Origin: Paramecium tetraurelia
Taxonomy: Eukaryota
Reading direction: 5' to 3'
Assembly (NCBI GenBank): GCA_000165425.1
Contig: CT868429.1
Location: forward strand, 124,001-188,000
Length of the DNA stretch: 64,000 bases
Of the stretch, positions 41,730 to 56,366 are shown piece by piece; positions within the stretch are counted from its first letter, which is position 1; the number at the start of each line of letters is the position of its first letter. The translations under genes and the position numbers were made by a program. The notes beneath the pieces were generated by a model, which saw nothing but the letters and a program-made list of their open reading frames with translations, ran no database searches and was not told where the DNA came from.

Positions 41730-42194
41730 ATGATTCGTCTCACACATAATAAATCAATAGCATGCTTTTCTGGAGCCTTGTGGGGACCTATCCATGAAAG
41801 ACCTATTGTCGATAGAGTTATGTCGACATCTTAATGGCCAGTCCCATACTATTAAAGAATTTTCAAAGCCTATCCAGTTAGATGTATATATTAGATTAAA
41901 ATAAGAAAATAAATAAACCTGGGCGATGAATTTAGCTGGAGCTGAGATCCATGACATCAATTGGTATTGTGCAAAGCAAGCTTTGAGCAGAACTCTAAAG
42001 GGAAGATAAGCAGTTGAATATGTCGAAAATAATATTCCAACATAAAGTAAAGTGATTTTATTATCAAAGGTTATATTGTCATTCAAAAAGACGTTTCTAG
42101 AATGGCAAAAGCATATGTAAGTGATTTAAGTCTTTTCCTTAGTGTTGCAAATAAAGAAAGCAAAGTCATCTTGGACTCAGTCGAATTGATTTGA
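41730..42194 (+). CDS. Ciliate-specific mitochondrial ATP synthase subunit (ATPTT13-like)
   Basis: WGPIHERPIVDRVMSTSQWPVPYYQRIFKAYP...YVENNI...MAKAYV...VANKE resembles the Tetrahymena subunit as I recall it (not searched); 2 introns. Confidence 0.7.
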
Positions 42195-42256
42195 GAAATA
42201 GTCAAAAATATAATATTGTATAAATATGCATTAATAAGCACATCTTTTTCAGTATT

Positions 42257-44658
42257 TCATAAATTTCGATGAGGAAATAAAATTTCTCTTTGCAATATCT
42301 CACTATCTTCAGGTTTATTCCTTTCTTAACTAAAAAGCCCTACATTATCCGAGGATTCCTCATCAAAGTCTTTTTTGAACATAGATTTTGATTTGTTCTG
42401 CCTCAATTATTTTACCTTCTTTCTAAGTATATATTTAATTCTATGACTCAATTTTTATTCCACAAGATCAAAATCTATGAATTAAGAGACTTCAAAAATA
42501 TCTCGAATTTCTTTCCCTAATTTTTCAATTAGTATATTATTTACTCTACCTAATTCCTTTTAAGGATCATTAATTTTATCGTAAGCCTTCTCAATAATAT
42601 CTATATACCTTATATAGCTTTTGATATGCTTTAACAGATACAGGAATAGCTGCTTTCACAGCATCCGTATGTTTCTTCATAGCCAACTATGCAATATTGC
42701 CAACTGACATTGATTAATTCGAATTTTCTGTCAATTTTTATCTAATTTATAATAGAAGATTACGTATAGACTTCTACTCTACTAGGCAGTTTTTTTTCCT
42801 CCTTAAGAGTGATAACCTATTTGGGAGCAAAATTAAATAGAATTTATTAATTTTTATCTAGCATTAATTCTTTTAATAGATTGATTTCTTTGACTTTTTC
42901 CAAAATAACGTAGATATCAATATCAGAATTTATTTTATCCCTATTAAATAATTAATTTTGAAAATTTACACAGCCTTCATAAGAAGTATAGATGTATTGT
43001 CTTTAAAGCATCTTCCCCCGGTCATTTGATGGCAAAGGAATTTAAAAGTAAATTAAATAGGCCTAGATTTAGTGAGAACCTAAGAAATCTAAGATGTTAA
43101 GTATTCTTTCCGACTCTTAAAACCAAGTTTAGTGATAATTTCTTCTTGTTATTTTTGAAATTCTGACTTAATTTCTGAAGATGTATTTTTGATCAACTGC
43201 TTTTAGTTCATTGAATTATGAGGAGATTCTTCATTAAAAACTTGTATCTTTATTTCATCATCTTATAAAGGTTAAGTTATCGATTTTCTATGATGCAAAC
43301 CTGAATCTACTTTTTCCAAAGCTCTAAACTTTTAGGTCTTTTTCCTAATCTAAGTGATTTATTTAACCAAATCATCATTTTATAGCTTTTAGGGATTTTT
43401 GCTGTTGTCAAAATTAAAATCATAGACTTTATTAGCAAGTTCTATTAGATCTATTAAATATTTGAATAATAAGCAATACATTGTTATTTATTATAGAAAC
43501 CTACAAAGAATCCCAAAAAGACAACGACTATATTAACAAACCCTCCTAAGTATGACATAAGATCATCTACTTTTTAAAATGATCTTGTTATGTATTTTGT
43601 ATAAGGACTTCTTCGAAAGTACAATGCTATATATTATTTATCTGTTGGAGATCCTAGAGTAGTAATATCTCTAAAATCTGCAGGTTCTTTCATAAATACA
43701 TTCTCAACTTATTCATCATCAAATACTGGAACTAAACTTTCATCAGTGTTTATTTGGTATTTTTTAAAAAATATATCAGATTACCTAGATAACTTAAAAG
43801 GAACAAATTAAAAGTAGACTTCATCATCCAAATAGCCCTGTATGTAATCTGTTGGCTTTGATGGATTGACCACTGTGTTTGTCATATATCTACATGAAAA
43901 ATATTTGATTTACATTCGTATTCTATAAGAACCTTCGCTTGACAACCATTTATCCATTACATCCTTGGATGCACAGGATGGATGCCAAGTTAAATAGTCA
44001 TTTTTTGAAGTATCATTTTTACAATCGGTTATTTCGATTTTGACAAAGTCTAAATATTCGCTTGAATATCTTCCACCTACCGTTAAAGAGTAGTTAAGGC
44101 TATGTAATTTATATAGTAAATACTCTGGACAAAGCCATGTGGACAATCCTAATTGATTGTATTGATCTGTAAAATTAAGATCATATTTATCGAATATTTT
44201 TTGAAATCTATCTAAAGTACATGGAATCAGATTAGTTAGATTTTCGTATTTAATTGTTGTTCCATTAGTCAATCTTACATATGTTCTTAATTTGTTAAAT
44301 AAATTTACCTTGCTTTTATTGAAATGTTAAAAAATGGATTTGTATTGAAAGCTGTACTCTATTCGATTGCAACAGCAAACATAAAATTGTCTGATGTAAA
44401 TTTAAGTCTATCAGGGTTTTCCTCAAATACTATTTAAGAGTCTGCGCTGATATTAGTCTTTCCTAAGAAATCTATTATGTTTGATTAAAAGAATATAGCA
44501 ACTATGGCCACGATCATACAAGATAAAAAACCTCCTCCACCTGTTTTATATAGATCTTCTCCATTCATATTTAGGGAAATGCTTTGTCCGAACAGATCAA
44601 TCTGTCTAAAAACTAATTAATTCACTTAATAAATACATTATTGGGACTTTGTTAACAT
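42257..44658 (-). CDS. Ciliate 2-TM family membrane protein with large Cys-containing ectodomain
   Basis: IDLFGQSISLNMNGEDLYKTGGGGFLS-TM1; ectodomain with LIPCT, WLCP, ITDC, PSCAS; RSFQKVDDLMSYLGGFVNIVVVFLGFFV TM2; long cytoplasmic tail. Confidence 0.8.
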
Positions 44659-45599
44659 TCTTGATTTATAATAAATATTAATTACTACAGTAATTTGATA
44701 TAACCATTCTGTCAAATTGATGTATCATATTAATTAACTTAATGTTTTCAGTTGGATCATGTTATAATATGATAAGAATTTAAGAAATACCAAATATTAA
44801 AAATAAAAAAAACTCATTATTCAAATATACCATATAAATTCGTTATTTAACAATGTTTATATCCCTATTTTCTTTTATATATTCATTTTTATCAAAATTA
44901 AATATTATTTAGATTTTAGAAAATCAAAATTTCTTCACTGTTTCTTAAAAACTATATAAGTTATAAATTGTGATTTCAAGAGAGAAATGGAATTATAAGT
45001 TGATGTCATTTAATATAATAGGATCTCTTAATCTTAGAGTCCTTAAATAATTATCATATTTGTTTTAGATTTTCTTATTCATAGTTTTATTACAAAATGA
45101 TTATTTAAATAATGCATAAATTACTTTTGATTATCTCTGTACATAACTAAATTCGTTATTCATAATTCTATTATAAGTTAAGTCAATAATCTCTCAAAAG
45201 ACTAGACATATTTTTACACCGCTAATTAAAAACTTAGTTAGTAAATTGATAAACTACTAATCGAAAATAAATAAATTCAAATAGATTTCAATTATTTGTT
45301 TTATATCCTAATTTTATAAATTAAATTGGTTTCATCATCACCTTCAATAACTTAGTTCTTTTAATTTATATCTTTAACAGTTTATAAATAGAATATATTG
45401 GAGAATGAATTCTACCTAGTACACTTTTTATTGTATAGGCAGATTTTTAATCTAAAATGTAGTTGAATAACTTCATTAAATCTAAGCTAATTCATTATTT
45501 TATATTATAACTTATCACAGAGCTTCTTATCAATATGAAGTATGGTAAAATAATTTTGTTAATAATCAAAATTATTGAATGAATAATATTTACTAAAAC

Positions 45600-46450
45600 A
45601 TAATATATCTAGATGAATTAATTTTATTATTATTTTAACATTATAAGAAATGTTGTCTCCATATTTCATAAACGATTCATTTATAGATTAATTGTTTAAC
45701 TAAAACTCAGTATCTCTGCTTATAACAAGAATTAAACCTGGCACTATTGGATTTGGTAATGGGATAATAAAAAGAGGAAAATAAAATTATTAAATTGGGA
45801 GAATAAATTCATTTACTTATCAAAATTAGAGAAAGTATGTCGTTTATCTATTAGTCATTACTATTAATTGACCTATTCATAATAAGTTACAAGTTTTACA
45901 TTGTTTTTTTAGAACCCTAATGAATAAGGATGGAACTATTTCGCAGGAATTCGTTAGCTTCCAACAAATTCCTTTTCAGCATTTATTGGCAACGCTTAAA
46001 ACAAAGGGCATATAATAACAAAATAATACATAGATATAAAAATTTTGAATAATTGCTGTTTATCATATTTTTTAGATGCTCTCAAAATATCATAAAATTG
46101 TAAAAGTCAGGTCACAACGCGGATTTGCTTACCAAACTTCTCATTAAGCAACTTCAGATTAAGGACAGTGTGGAAGGAAAAAATTATATTTGCTTTTAAA
46201 TTTGATAAACAGCCACAAATTGAAATGGGCTACTCACTGCCATTATCTAATTCACTATACTTGAGTACACTGACTAATTTCTATTATTATAATAACAAAA
46301 TTCATTCTATAATTTAATTTACCTGGCATTGCAAAGGATATATCACAAAATTTGGAGTGGAAAACTTTGCTACAAGATATTCACAATTATACCCTTTTTT
46401 TTAGTTTGAAACGGTTGTATTTTAAGATCCGAAGTAAGTATTCGTAAATA
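45600..46450 (-). pseudogene. Degenerate gene remnant
   Basis: Locally higher GC and protein-like fragments (FPLFIIPLPNPIVPGLILVI; YLVAKFSTPNFVIYPLQCQ), but stops and frameshifts in all frames. Confidence 0.35.
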
Positions 46451-47049
46451 TATAGTGTGATTCTTAAAATTTAATTAAAAAATCGCAAACCAAGTCTGTA
46501 ATTAAATTTCGAATATGATTCTCAAAACAATAATTGAGCAAAATATTTTTATAAAACTTAATAACATATTAAAATAAAGTAAATTTAAGAATGGATAATA
46601 ATTCTTTACTATAGTTAAAGATTAAATGAAATTATATTACTTAGAAATGGATTACTCAAAAATAGCAAATAATTCTAATTGCTATTATTAATAATTTAAA
46701 TTCTTCCTTATTAAAATATAGTAAAAATAAAGTTTGAACAAACTAGTTTACTGATTTATATTTACTTTTGATTCTAATAATTCTTAAAAATAAGATTAAA
46801 AATAAAAAAAGAATTTAATTACATAATTTGATTTTACTCTTTAAAACTTGAGAATATAAACTTCCAAATTTTCATCAAATTTATTAAATTATTATCAAGC
46901 AATATAATTCAGAATTGGTTCTTTTTTTTTATCAAATATAATCAATGGATCAAAATTATCATTTCTGTTTTTAATACTTTAAAATAACTCTGGAAATTTA
47001 TAGTTTTTCCACACTCTTGTTTTTTTTTCATGTAATTTTAAGATTCTAC

Positions 47050-48350
47050 TTTTATATCTATCTTATTACCTATTTTTTAATTAAAACTACGTTAATTATA
47101 AATAATACTAAATAATCAACTAACTAAACATCTTAACTAATGCATCCTATCTCAGATTCTTATAATGAATGTTATCTTTATTTTCTAGAGTTACATCTTA
47201 TCGCCTTATTTCCTTCAATTTTCGAATCAACTGTCTATGGTCTAGATGCTGAAGGTTTTGAGGATAAACAAAAAAAGTCGCTTCTCTTTTTGTATTCTCT
47301 AGACCAACTTCTTTATTCTGCCTCATCCATTTTCACTTGCATAAACCTTGGTTTTGGACTACAAAATGAATACTAATTCATTATAAATAGTATATTTAAA
47401 ATAATAAAAAGTAATTAAAGTCAATATGATGTTTAAGCATCACATTTTCTGAGCTTATCTATTTCTTCCTTTAGCATTTAATTGAAGAAGTTTGATTATA
47501 AAGAGTAATCTAAATTAAGTCTCAGGATATCCTTTTATAAGAACTAAAAGGCAATCTAGACATTTCCGTTAAGAATTTTGTTAGAGATGAAAGAATAAAT
47601 TCTACTTTTAGGGAAGATTTGCTTGTAATCTGAAAAGGTACTTGAAAACTTGTCAAATAATTCATCAATTCATTATGGTATGCTCATTTAGATAACCTTA
47701 ATAACCTTATTTTTAATTATTTTTAAAATGTTCTTTCAGGATAACAATTTAGTACTCTTGTAAATTCAATTCTTAATTTGTAAAGTTTACGTGATAAAGT
47801 ATTTTGATTTTAATTCATCAATTAGTCTTTGAGACTAATTTTGATTAGGGACTTTGATATAATGGATAAATTTTGATGAATTTTATCGCATAATAAAGGA
47901 AGTCTCTGTTATTTTATATATTAGTCAATTTAAAGTTTATTATGAATTTATGAAGCTCAATAATAGTCAATTTAAACAAATATATTAACCATCCTTGAAA
48001 AATTTAAGTAACAATTCTATTAACTATATTTGATTTATGCAACCATATAAGGTGCATGTAAGTTATAAATTATGATGCAGTTCTTAATGATAACGTTTTT
48101 CAATTTATCTATTCTAATTTTGAGAATGATGATCATCAAGAGAATTAGAGATATATTAACATTTTTAAGAGTCATAATGCTTAAATTTTGAGGGAATCAT
48201 ATTAGAATGCATATATACAAAAATTCAACTCGTAAATAATTTATTATAATTACCAATCCTTTTTATTTTACTATCGACATCTGAAATATAGGAAATGAAC
48301 TTTGTAATAACATTTTGAATGTCAAAAATTTTGCAAGATAAATAAAGAAT
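47050..48350 (-). pseudogene. Degenerate coiled-coil gene remnant
   Basis: Fragments such as QVKMDEAEQRSWSREYKKRSDF...SKPSASRPQTVDSK; I could not follow a continuous frame. Confidence 0.35.
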
Positions 48351-48429
48351 GACTTGCTTAATTGAATCCTCTAACTGCACTAAATTCCATTAATATTTAT
48401 ATTATTTTTAATGTACTGTGATTAAATTC

Positions 48430-48924
48430 TCATCTATAACTCTTTTGTCTTCTGGCTCTGGCACCTTTACCACCATACTTTCTTGGTTCACATCTTCTTG
48501 GATCAGCAACTAAGAGTGTTCTATCATATTGCAATAAAAGATCTTTGATTTCTCTCTTTTAGGTTTCATCTATATATTTTTAGTAGTATGCCACGATGCC
48601 TTTGCTAATAGCCTATACAATATATCATTGCCATTCTACCTATCTGATGGCATAAACTTATGCAGTTGTTCCTCCACCTCTGACAGTGACTCTGATGTCT
48701 AATCTACCTGTTCTGACTTAACCAAGAAGTAAGAGTGGTTCAAGAGCCTTTTGTCTCAAGGGAGCTGGGTTCACTAATTCAATTGGAGCACCATTCACTC
48801 TAACCAAACCTTTGATTAAATTATATCAAGTACCCTTTCCTTCTCTTACGCTGGCACTAGCTACAGCATTCTTCTTTCTACCAAAAGTTTAAACCAAATT
48901 TGATTTTGTTTAAGGAGTTGACAT
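48430..48924 (-). CDS. RPS16: 40S ribosomal protein S16 (uS9)
   Basis: [54 protein letters not shown]; 2 introns. Confidence 0.97.
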
Positions 48925-49151
48925 ATCCAATAATTAAATAATTTAATTTAATCATTTTTTATATTAACTGCTAATGCAACAAAATTGGATAACTTCGAAT
49001 ACTAAATAGTCTTGCCATGATAATTAATATCATTAATGCAAAAAGAAGGATAAGAAGTCTTTTCTTAGAAATAAAAGTTCAAAAGAAGTAATGTTAACAA
49101 ACTATTGACAAAAGCCTCTAAAAATAATATACTTGAATTGATTATAATATT

Positions 49152-50730
49152 TCAATAAGGTCTTTATTTTCTAAGATCATCAAGCAAAGCACGTCCTTTT
49201 GCTTTTTCCATTTCTATTTTTTTCTCATACTCTTCCTTTTACCTACGAAGTGCTTCCTCTTCTTGTAGTTTTTTATCTCTTAACATTTATTATCTTTGTT
49301 TCTTCTCATCCATTTGATTCAACAAATTGTTTTTAGTTTGCATAATTTTCTTCAATTAATATATAATTTACTTCTTATTCCATTCTTTACTTTTCTTCCA
49401 ATTCTTTTTAATATAAATCCAACTATCGTAATAATTCCACCTTATCTTACTATTTAATATTTTTTTCATCTTCGATTATTTTCTTCTTTAACTCTACATT
49501 CTCTGCTCTCTAAGCATAGACCTCATACATTAATTTAACTCTAGCATCCTAAAATTACTTGCATGATTACATCTTCAGCCTTCCATTTAGCCTCTTTATT
49601 TTCCCATTAACGAGTATTCTCTTCATTGATCAACCTTTCCTTCAGTTAATCATTTACACTATATTCATTTGTTCTGTTTTTAAAATTAAGTAGAAATTAT
49701 CTAGTTTCTTCTTTTTATCTTTGTTTTTCAGCCTATTCCATTCTAGCAATGGCTTCTTCTCTCTCTAAGACTTACTGGATCATTTCTTTATCTTATTTCC
49801 TCTCTTCTTACTTTATTTATTTTTTATATTCTTTTTATTATTCATTATTTAACGCAATTTCTTAATTAATTTCCTTTTTATAATTCAAATATTAATGCTC
49901 TCTTTATTTATGTCTCTCCTCTTCTCTCTTCCATTCTTCTCTCTAAAATGTTAAAATCTAAGTATCTTACAAGCATCTATTTCTCTTGTTCAATTTCTTC
50001 CTTGATTCTTTAAAACTTATTGACATTCATGGAAGCCTGAATACCTAAAACTTTGTTCCTTTCATCTACTTTAGCTTTCTATTAAATCTCTTTTTCCTTT
50101 TCTAATCTCTCCTTCTTTACAATTTCTCTTCTGTATAATTCAGCATAAATCATTTCCTCTAGTTTCAAATAGCTCATTTATAATACCTTCATATTAGTCT
50201 TCTAACATTTTCTACTTTTCCATCATCTACATGTTTCTGTAAGCAACAGCTTGTTATTCATTAAATTGCTAGTTTACTAATCTGAGTTCATCTGCATTAT
50301 CTCTAAATCTTCGTTCATATGCTGCATCTGCCTACTTAGATCTCTCAATTTCCTTTCTTTGTTTCAATTCCGCAACCTCTTTCATCATTCTCTCCTTAAC
50401 CTACTCTGGAGTCTCAACCATTGCTTTGATTTCTTGTTGATATTATTCATGCTCAACATTTAACAAAGCAGCCAATTTTTATTTCCTTTAGCCTTTATGT
50501 TCTTCAGCCTCAGCTCTTATCTATTGCAGTCTTTTTATATAATATTTTGCAAACCTATTCTTCATGTATTACTAATTGGCAACATCCTTTCCCTTATTCT
50601 CCCAAGCCGCAAAGGTTTTTTCATATTGCTCCTATCTTAACTTAGTGCTCAACTTGCCCACTTATTATTCTTGTTGTCTTCTTTAATAAATTAGTTGTTC
50701 AGAACGGTTACGAGTGGAACTTTATATCAT
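49152..50730 (-). CDS. CFAP53: Cilia- and flagella-associated protein 53-like (TPH coiled coil)
   Basis: RKQKLAALLNVEHEQYQQEIKAMVETPEQVKERM...YERRFRDNADELR; E/Q/K/R-rich coiled coil. Confidence 0.75.
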
Positions 50731-50941
50731 ATTTAAATTAATAATTATTATTATGGAAATAAACTATACTCTCTTTTTGAAACTAACCACCAAAACATTG
50801 CCATCCATTAACCTATTTTAATAAGATTATGCTTTATTTGTGCATTTTTTACTGCTTTGAATGAAACTAATCTATAACTTTGTTCTTCTATAACAATACT
50901 AATTATTTATATGTATTTTAAAATTAAACTAATAAAACTAA

Positions 50942-52379
50942 TCAATGCTATCTTCCAAATTCTCTTTCCTTTTTTAACACAGTTCTAAACCCTGATTCTC
51001 TATTGAAATATTAATCAGGAACCTTTGACAAATATCCAGCCTCTGGGTTGATTAATTCAATTCCTTAAGTGGGGGTAAAAGCTATGCTTGAAGTTAATCC
51101 TCCAGTGCCACCCCCGGATTAAGTCTTAGCTTATGCCAGCCTTTATTGCAATTTTTTACTGAGCCCAATTGGCTTATCCTTCTTGATGTGTAACTTTACT
51201 TTACCAATACCTTAACTTAACATTCCCAACCCAATTCCTGTATCTTTGATTTCATCCTCAGCCTCCAATCCGAATTTTAATCTATTAGCGTACTTCCTCA
51301 CTTCTGTCATTGCTAACCTTTCTTTTTATTTTCTGAACCTCTTTCCGCCTCTTCTTCTCTTCTTGTTCTCATCTGGAATTGGTAAGGGTTTTTCTAATTT
51401 AGCAGGGGGAGGCTCTTAAATCTTCTAATATCTTTTCATCATTTTTATTCTTAAATCCTCTCCTACATTGCCTTTAGGACATGTCTTCATATTATCTACT
51501 CTTGCTGCTTTGGCCACATTTGTTGCTAGCATCCTTACTATTTGATTTTATAATTTCCCTGATGCTTTCTGTACAATCTCTAATGTTCCAAAATAACCAG
51601 TGTTTCTATTATGCATAGCTCTACTCATTCCTAACATATTTTTCTTAACACTTCCCATCACTTAGATGTTACCTGCTGGCATATTGGCAAGTTTTTCAAT
51701 TCCTCCTGCAGCAGCCATCAATTTAGATGCCAATTATGTACCAATTAAGGCTGAGACATTGGGTGCTATGTACTTCATTCTAGATTCAATATAGCAAATG
51801 ACTAATAATATAAAACAGTTTTACTTTTCTAATTGTAACTATCTAATGTTTCAATCTTATGACACAACTGATCGACCAATGAGATGTCTTCTTCTGAAAG
51901 CTAACTTACTAAAGATTGTTTAGCTGCAATATTCACTGCAACAACCTATTGACCACTTAAAAGCTTAGAAAAATCTATTGCTTATAGATCGACAGCATTT
52001 CGAATTAATTGGACTATCTTAACATACTCGATTGGGTTTATGATAATTTTTTCCAATTCTGGAAACTTTTTATGATATACGTCCTTCAATTATTTGTGAA
52101 TATTCAAAATCCTTATTTTATTCAAAATGAATACTCTTAATCTATTATTGTACTATATTCATTAGATCTTAAAATTAAATGATATTCTTCATGACTTGCG
52201 TCTATAGTTTCATCTTAGATTTGATAAGCAGATACTTCTTAGACTCTTTGATAATGCTAAAGAAATTTGTTATCTTTAAGTAAAGAACAAGTCGGTTCTT
52301 CTTCAACTTATTATTTTGCCTCTACAATCTACTATTCTTCCTCATCTTCCAGATCTTGCATAAAGTCTTTGTCAATCAT
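50942..52379 (-). CDS. PRP31: U4/U6 snRNP protein Prp31
   Basis: YHKKFPELE, IESRMKYIAPNVSALIG...AGG...MPAGNIQVMG, RRRGGKRFRKQKE...YANRLKFG, SSIAFTPTQGIEL. Confidence 0.95.
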
Positions 52380-52651
52380 AGTTTTTATTTTGCTTCTATT
52401 TTAATTATTAAAAAATCAATTTATTTCTTTTTATTTCAATAAACAGTTTTAATAAATCAACAATTACGTCTAATCAAAAATTCTGTCTCTCACCATTGAA
52501 AGAGCTTGAAATTAGACAGTAGACTAATTGGGTTATATAACTTATCATATATAATTTAATGATAAAAATGTATATCAAAAATATATATATCTACTTGAAT
52601 TGAATTATATGATTAAACCAAAACTTTAAAACTAAATATAGTTTAAAAATA

Positions 52652-55059
52652 TCAGTAACCAATTGTGGCTAATGTAACCAAGAGAGTTGCACAAGTTTCT
52701 GCTCTATTTTCATCGATTCTAATGTTATCCATAATAGCCATTTTTAAGTGTTGTTTTCCCAAGTCCTCTAAATGTGTGCATAATTTAGCTAATCTAAATA
52801 ATTATTCAAAATGATGTCCTAATTCTCCAACTAATTTGTCTTTCAAGCTTTTTTAATTACTATTAATTTTCCTTCTCGGTTCTGGTTAAGATTGGGATAT
52901 ATCAACTGGCTCGGTATTACTTTACATCCAAGTATTAACTTAAGTTTGTGGTGGCAGAGTATCAACATCATCTCTTAAATCTTCGCTAGATTCTTCCGAA
53001 TAGATTCTAGAATCTTCAGATTCAACTTCATTTTTTAGATTTGGTTCTTCTGATTTTTTTGATTAATCCGACTATTTTATATATGTAATTTCTTTACAAG
53101 AACATTTTTCAGTTCATTAATCATTTCTTTCATATCCTCTTCACTGTTTCGTTTCTAAATTTGAGGCTTTCTTAAGAAAGGGTCTCTATAAATTATTTTA
53201 TATATTTTTTTCTTATTTTTCTCTTCATCAGTTTTTGAATTTGACTATTTGATTAATTTCGATGGTTTCTTTGAAATAAGTTCAGGTGCTTGAAATTATT
53301 TATCTATTTGAATTTCGAAAGCAGGTGTCATAATACTTTATTTTTTGTTATTATCAATGTTTTCTTCTGAATTTTGAAAATCACTGATGGTTGATTAATT
53401 GAGTAGTTTCTACTCTGGAGTTTCTGAAATCTTTTCTAGTTGATGCTATTAATTAATAGGTTCCTCTTATTTTAAATAATGTGAAACAATTTCTTCGGAT
53501 ACCTTTCGTTCCTTTTATTTTAATTATTCTGACATTTTGGGTTATGCATGAACTCTATAAATGGGTTTTTTGGCATCATCTTCAGATTTCAATCCAAGCT
53601 TAATTTTTTAGATTTAATCTAATTTTGTAAGCCCCTTGATGTTTTTGATGTGAGGCTTAATCTCACTATTTTTCTTAAAGAATTTAGGACTCTCCAGTTC
53701 ACTATTTTTATTTGCTTCCTCCATGACTTGATCTGATCCCTAATAAGAATCAGGACTTTCTTTTGTAATAAAGCGGCCGTTTTTTTATTTATTATGAATG
53801 CCTACTTCAGGAGTAGATGGCTAAACCCTTTAACTAGGAAGTTGATTCAATTGTTATCGACTGCTTTATTATCTAGTTATTGGTGGCTTCTCAGGTTTGG
53901 CCAATTTAATTTCAGGTAGCTTCTTTAAATCACTGTTCTTTCTTTATTTCTACAAATTAATGAGGGGACTCTTGATTCCTGGCAATTGCTTAACTTGATT
54001 CTCTTTTGAAGTTTACTCAATTAAGTCCCCCTTTGCATCTTGGTCATCAATCAAAGGAATAGTTGTGTCAGACAAATGAATCTGCTGGTTGTGCAATATT
54101 GTGTGATCGAATTCACTCCTTTTCATAGTCTCTGATAGGAAGTTCTTAATTCTATTTGTGATGATGGGCATCTTGAGTATTTGGTGAACAGCTGGTCGTT
54201 TTTCAGGGTTAACTGTTAAAAGCTAATTCACAAGGCTATCTTTGTTTAATTATAAGATTAGTTTTACGTTCTTAATTGGGATGAGTAAACATTTGGAATG
54301 GCTTGAAATTAGCCACGCACTATTTTTAGAGCCAATGATGCCAACGATTCAGCAGTAAAGGGGGGAGTCTTGGCACACATCTAATTTGTAATATTCATTC
54401 TATTACTTCATAGAGTATTACTCCAAGCGACCAAATGTCACCTTTAAAACTATATGGTTTATTCTCCAATAATTCAGGTGCCAAATAATACGGAGTGCCA
54501 ACCATCGTTTTTGCTTTGTCTCTTGTATTGTTCAATAACCTGGCTATCCCAAAATCTCCCAAACGTATTCTCATGTCTTTAGTCAGGAACATATTTTAAG
54601 TTTTAATATCTCGATGAATTATCTTCCGATCGTGACAATGCTTTATTGCCAGACACATTTAAGTAAACCAGTCCAAAATCCTAGACTCAGGTATGTGTCC
54701 CTCTGTATTCTTTAACACCTAAGCCAAATCACCACCTAATTTTAATTTAGATCCCAATACCTTCAGCATAATCCATAACTATACATAATTTCCCCTTTAC
54801 AGTCTTGTAAACCTCTCTAAAATTAATGATATTTGGATGCTTTAACTCAGACATTATTCTGAATTCTCGGTAGGTTTCCTGATTTACTTAGCTAAAAATA
54901 AATTACTTTTTTCTCCTAATCATTTAAATATCTCATGTCCATTTGTTTTATAACACACAACGAGTGATCTTTTAAATATTCACAAAGATAAGCTTTCCCA
55001 AAGGACCCTTGTCCCAACAAACGAATTCTCTTATATACATCTGATTCTTTTGGTCTCAT
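52652..55059 (-). CDS. NEK: NIMA-related kinase
   Basis: [56 protein letters not shown]; long C-terminal tail. Confidence 0.93.
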
Positions 55060-56366
55060 TTTATAATTTAATTATATATAATCTAAACTAACATAACTTG
55101 TCGAATTAACTAAAAATACATTATTATCTATAATCAAACTATTAAGTAATAAATAAAGTTGAAAACAGATTTTGGTCCACAAATTACGATGATTACCAAT
55201 CTGCTACAAATATCAAATTTTATTTCCATGTGTTAATTTATAAATACACTTATTACTCATGTATTAAATACACACTTAACCTATATGTAATTAATTATCT
55301 TCGGTTTAAATAGATAAAATTAAAAAATTACTTCTATGAAGTAAAACCTTTACTATAATACCTTAGCCATTTTGTTGATACCGATATGTCAATGATCAAT
55401 AATAATTAAATTCTACTTAAATCAAGGCCATTCAACGTAGAAAATATTTGATTCTTCAAATTTTAAATTGATTATATAATCAACTTGTAGGTTATCACTT
55501 TAAAGAAATGAAAATCAACTTATCTACCTTTGTCTATACATCGTTATTTATTTCACCAAAAATCCATATTTGAAGTTTATTCTACATCTAGTCCTTTTTT
55601 TGAATAAATATCTAAATCTCTACTTGATTTGTTAATAAGACCAAATTTAACTACCAACCTATAATTTAAAAAGATTTCAAAGGATTCTCTTCAGTTCCTC
55701 ATTTAAATAGATTGGATTGAATTGAAAGAAATAAAAAAGCTATTTTCATTAATTGCAAAGTAAAATGAACTTACTTGTGTGATGAGTATCTTTTAAATAG
55801 TCAAGTTTATTCTATGAATCATTAATTTTTGTAACTTTATTCTAGATTAAATATTTTTATGAAAAGTAAGTAAAAATAAAAAATTTGAATGCTTCTTAAT
55901 TAAAAAAAAGTTTGTAATGAATTATATAAATGAAGAATTTTAAATAGAATTTTTGATAAAATATGTCAATATTTTAGATTATTAAATTGAAATTGTTTTG
56001 TAAAGGTTATAAATCTATATAAAATTATCTAAATGACAATTACAATATTAGACATGGGTCTTGTTGTCCAATTTGATAGGTGTTTTGATAAATTAATAAT
56101 TTAACAAAATTGTACTTTTATTAATTGTCAAAATCGATATTAAATTACTAGAGATTGAAAATTTTTATAAGTTACTAATGTTGGCAGATAAAAAATTATT
56201 TGTTGGACCAAATTTTATAAGGGAGCAGAGAAGGAGAATTAAGATGCGAGGTGTTTGAATTTGGATTTAGATCAAAATATGGTGGACTTTTAAAAGTTCA
56301 TTTGGTAAAGAATAAAATTTAATAGCAAATAAAAAACGGTTTATAGCATATATTTTTTTAACATAA

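Noticed and set aside
42116..42142. Intron-like GTAAGT...TTAG in the ATPTT13-like gene
   Set aside because: Reading through gives the expected MAKAYV...VANKE C-terminus; splicing would break the frame.
55100..56360. Transposon, IES or tRNA in the long spacer before the giant gene
   Set aside because: No terminal inverted repeats, transposase motif or cloverleaf seen; IESs cannot be called without germline comparison.
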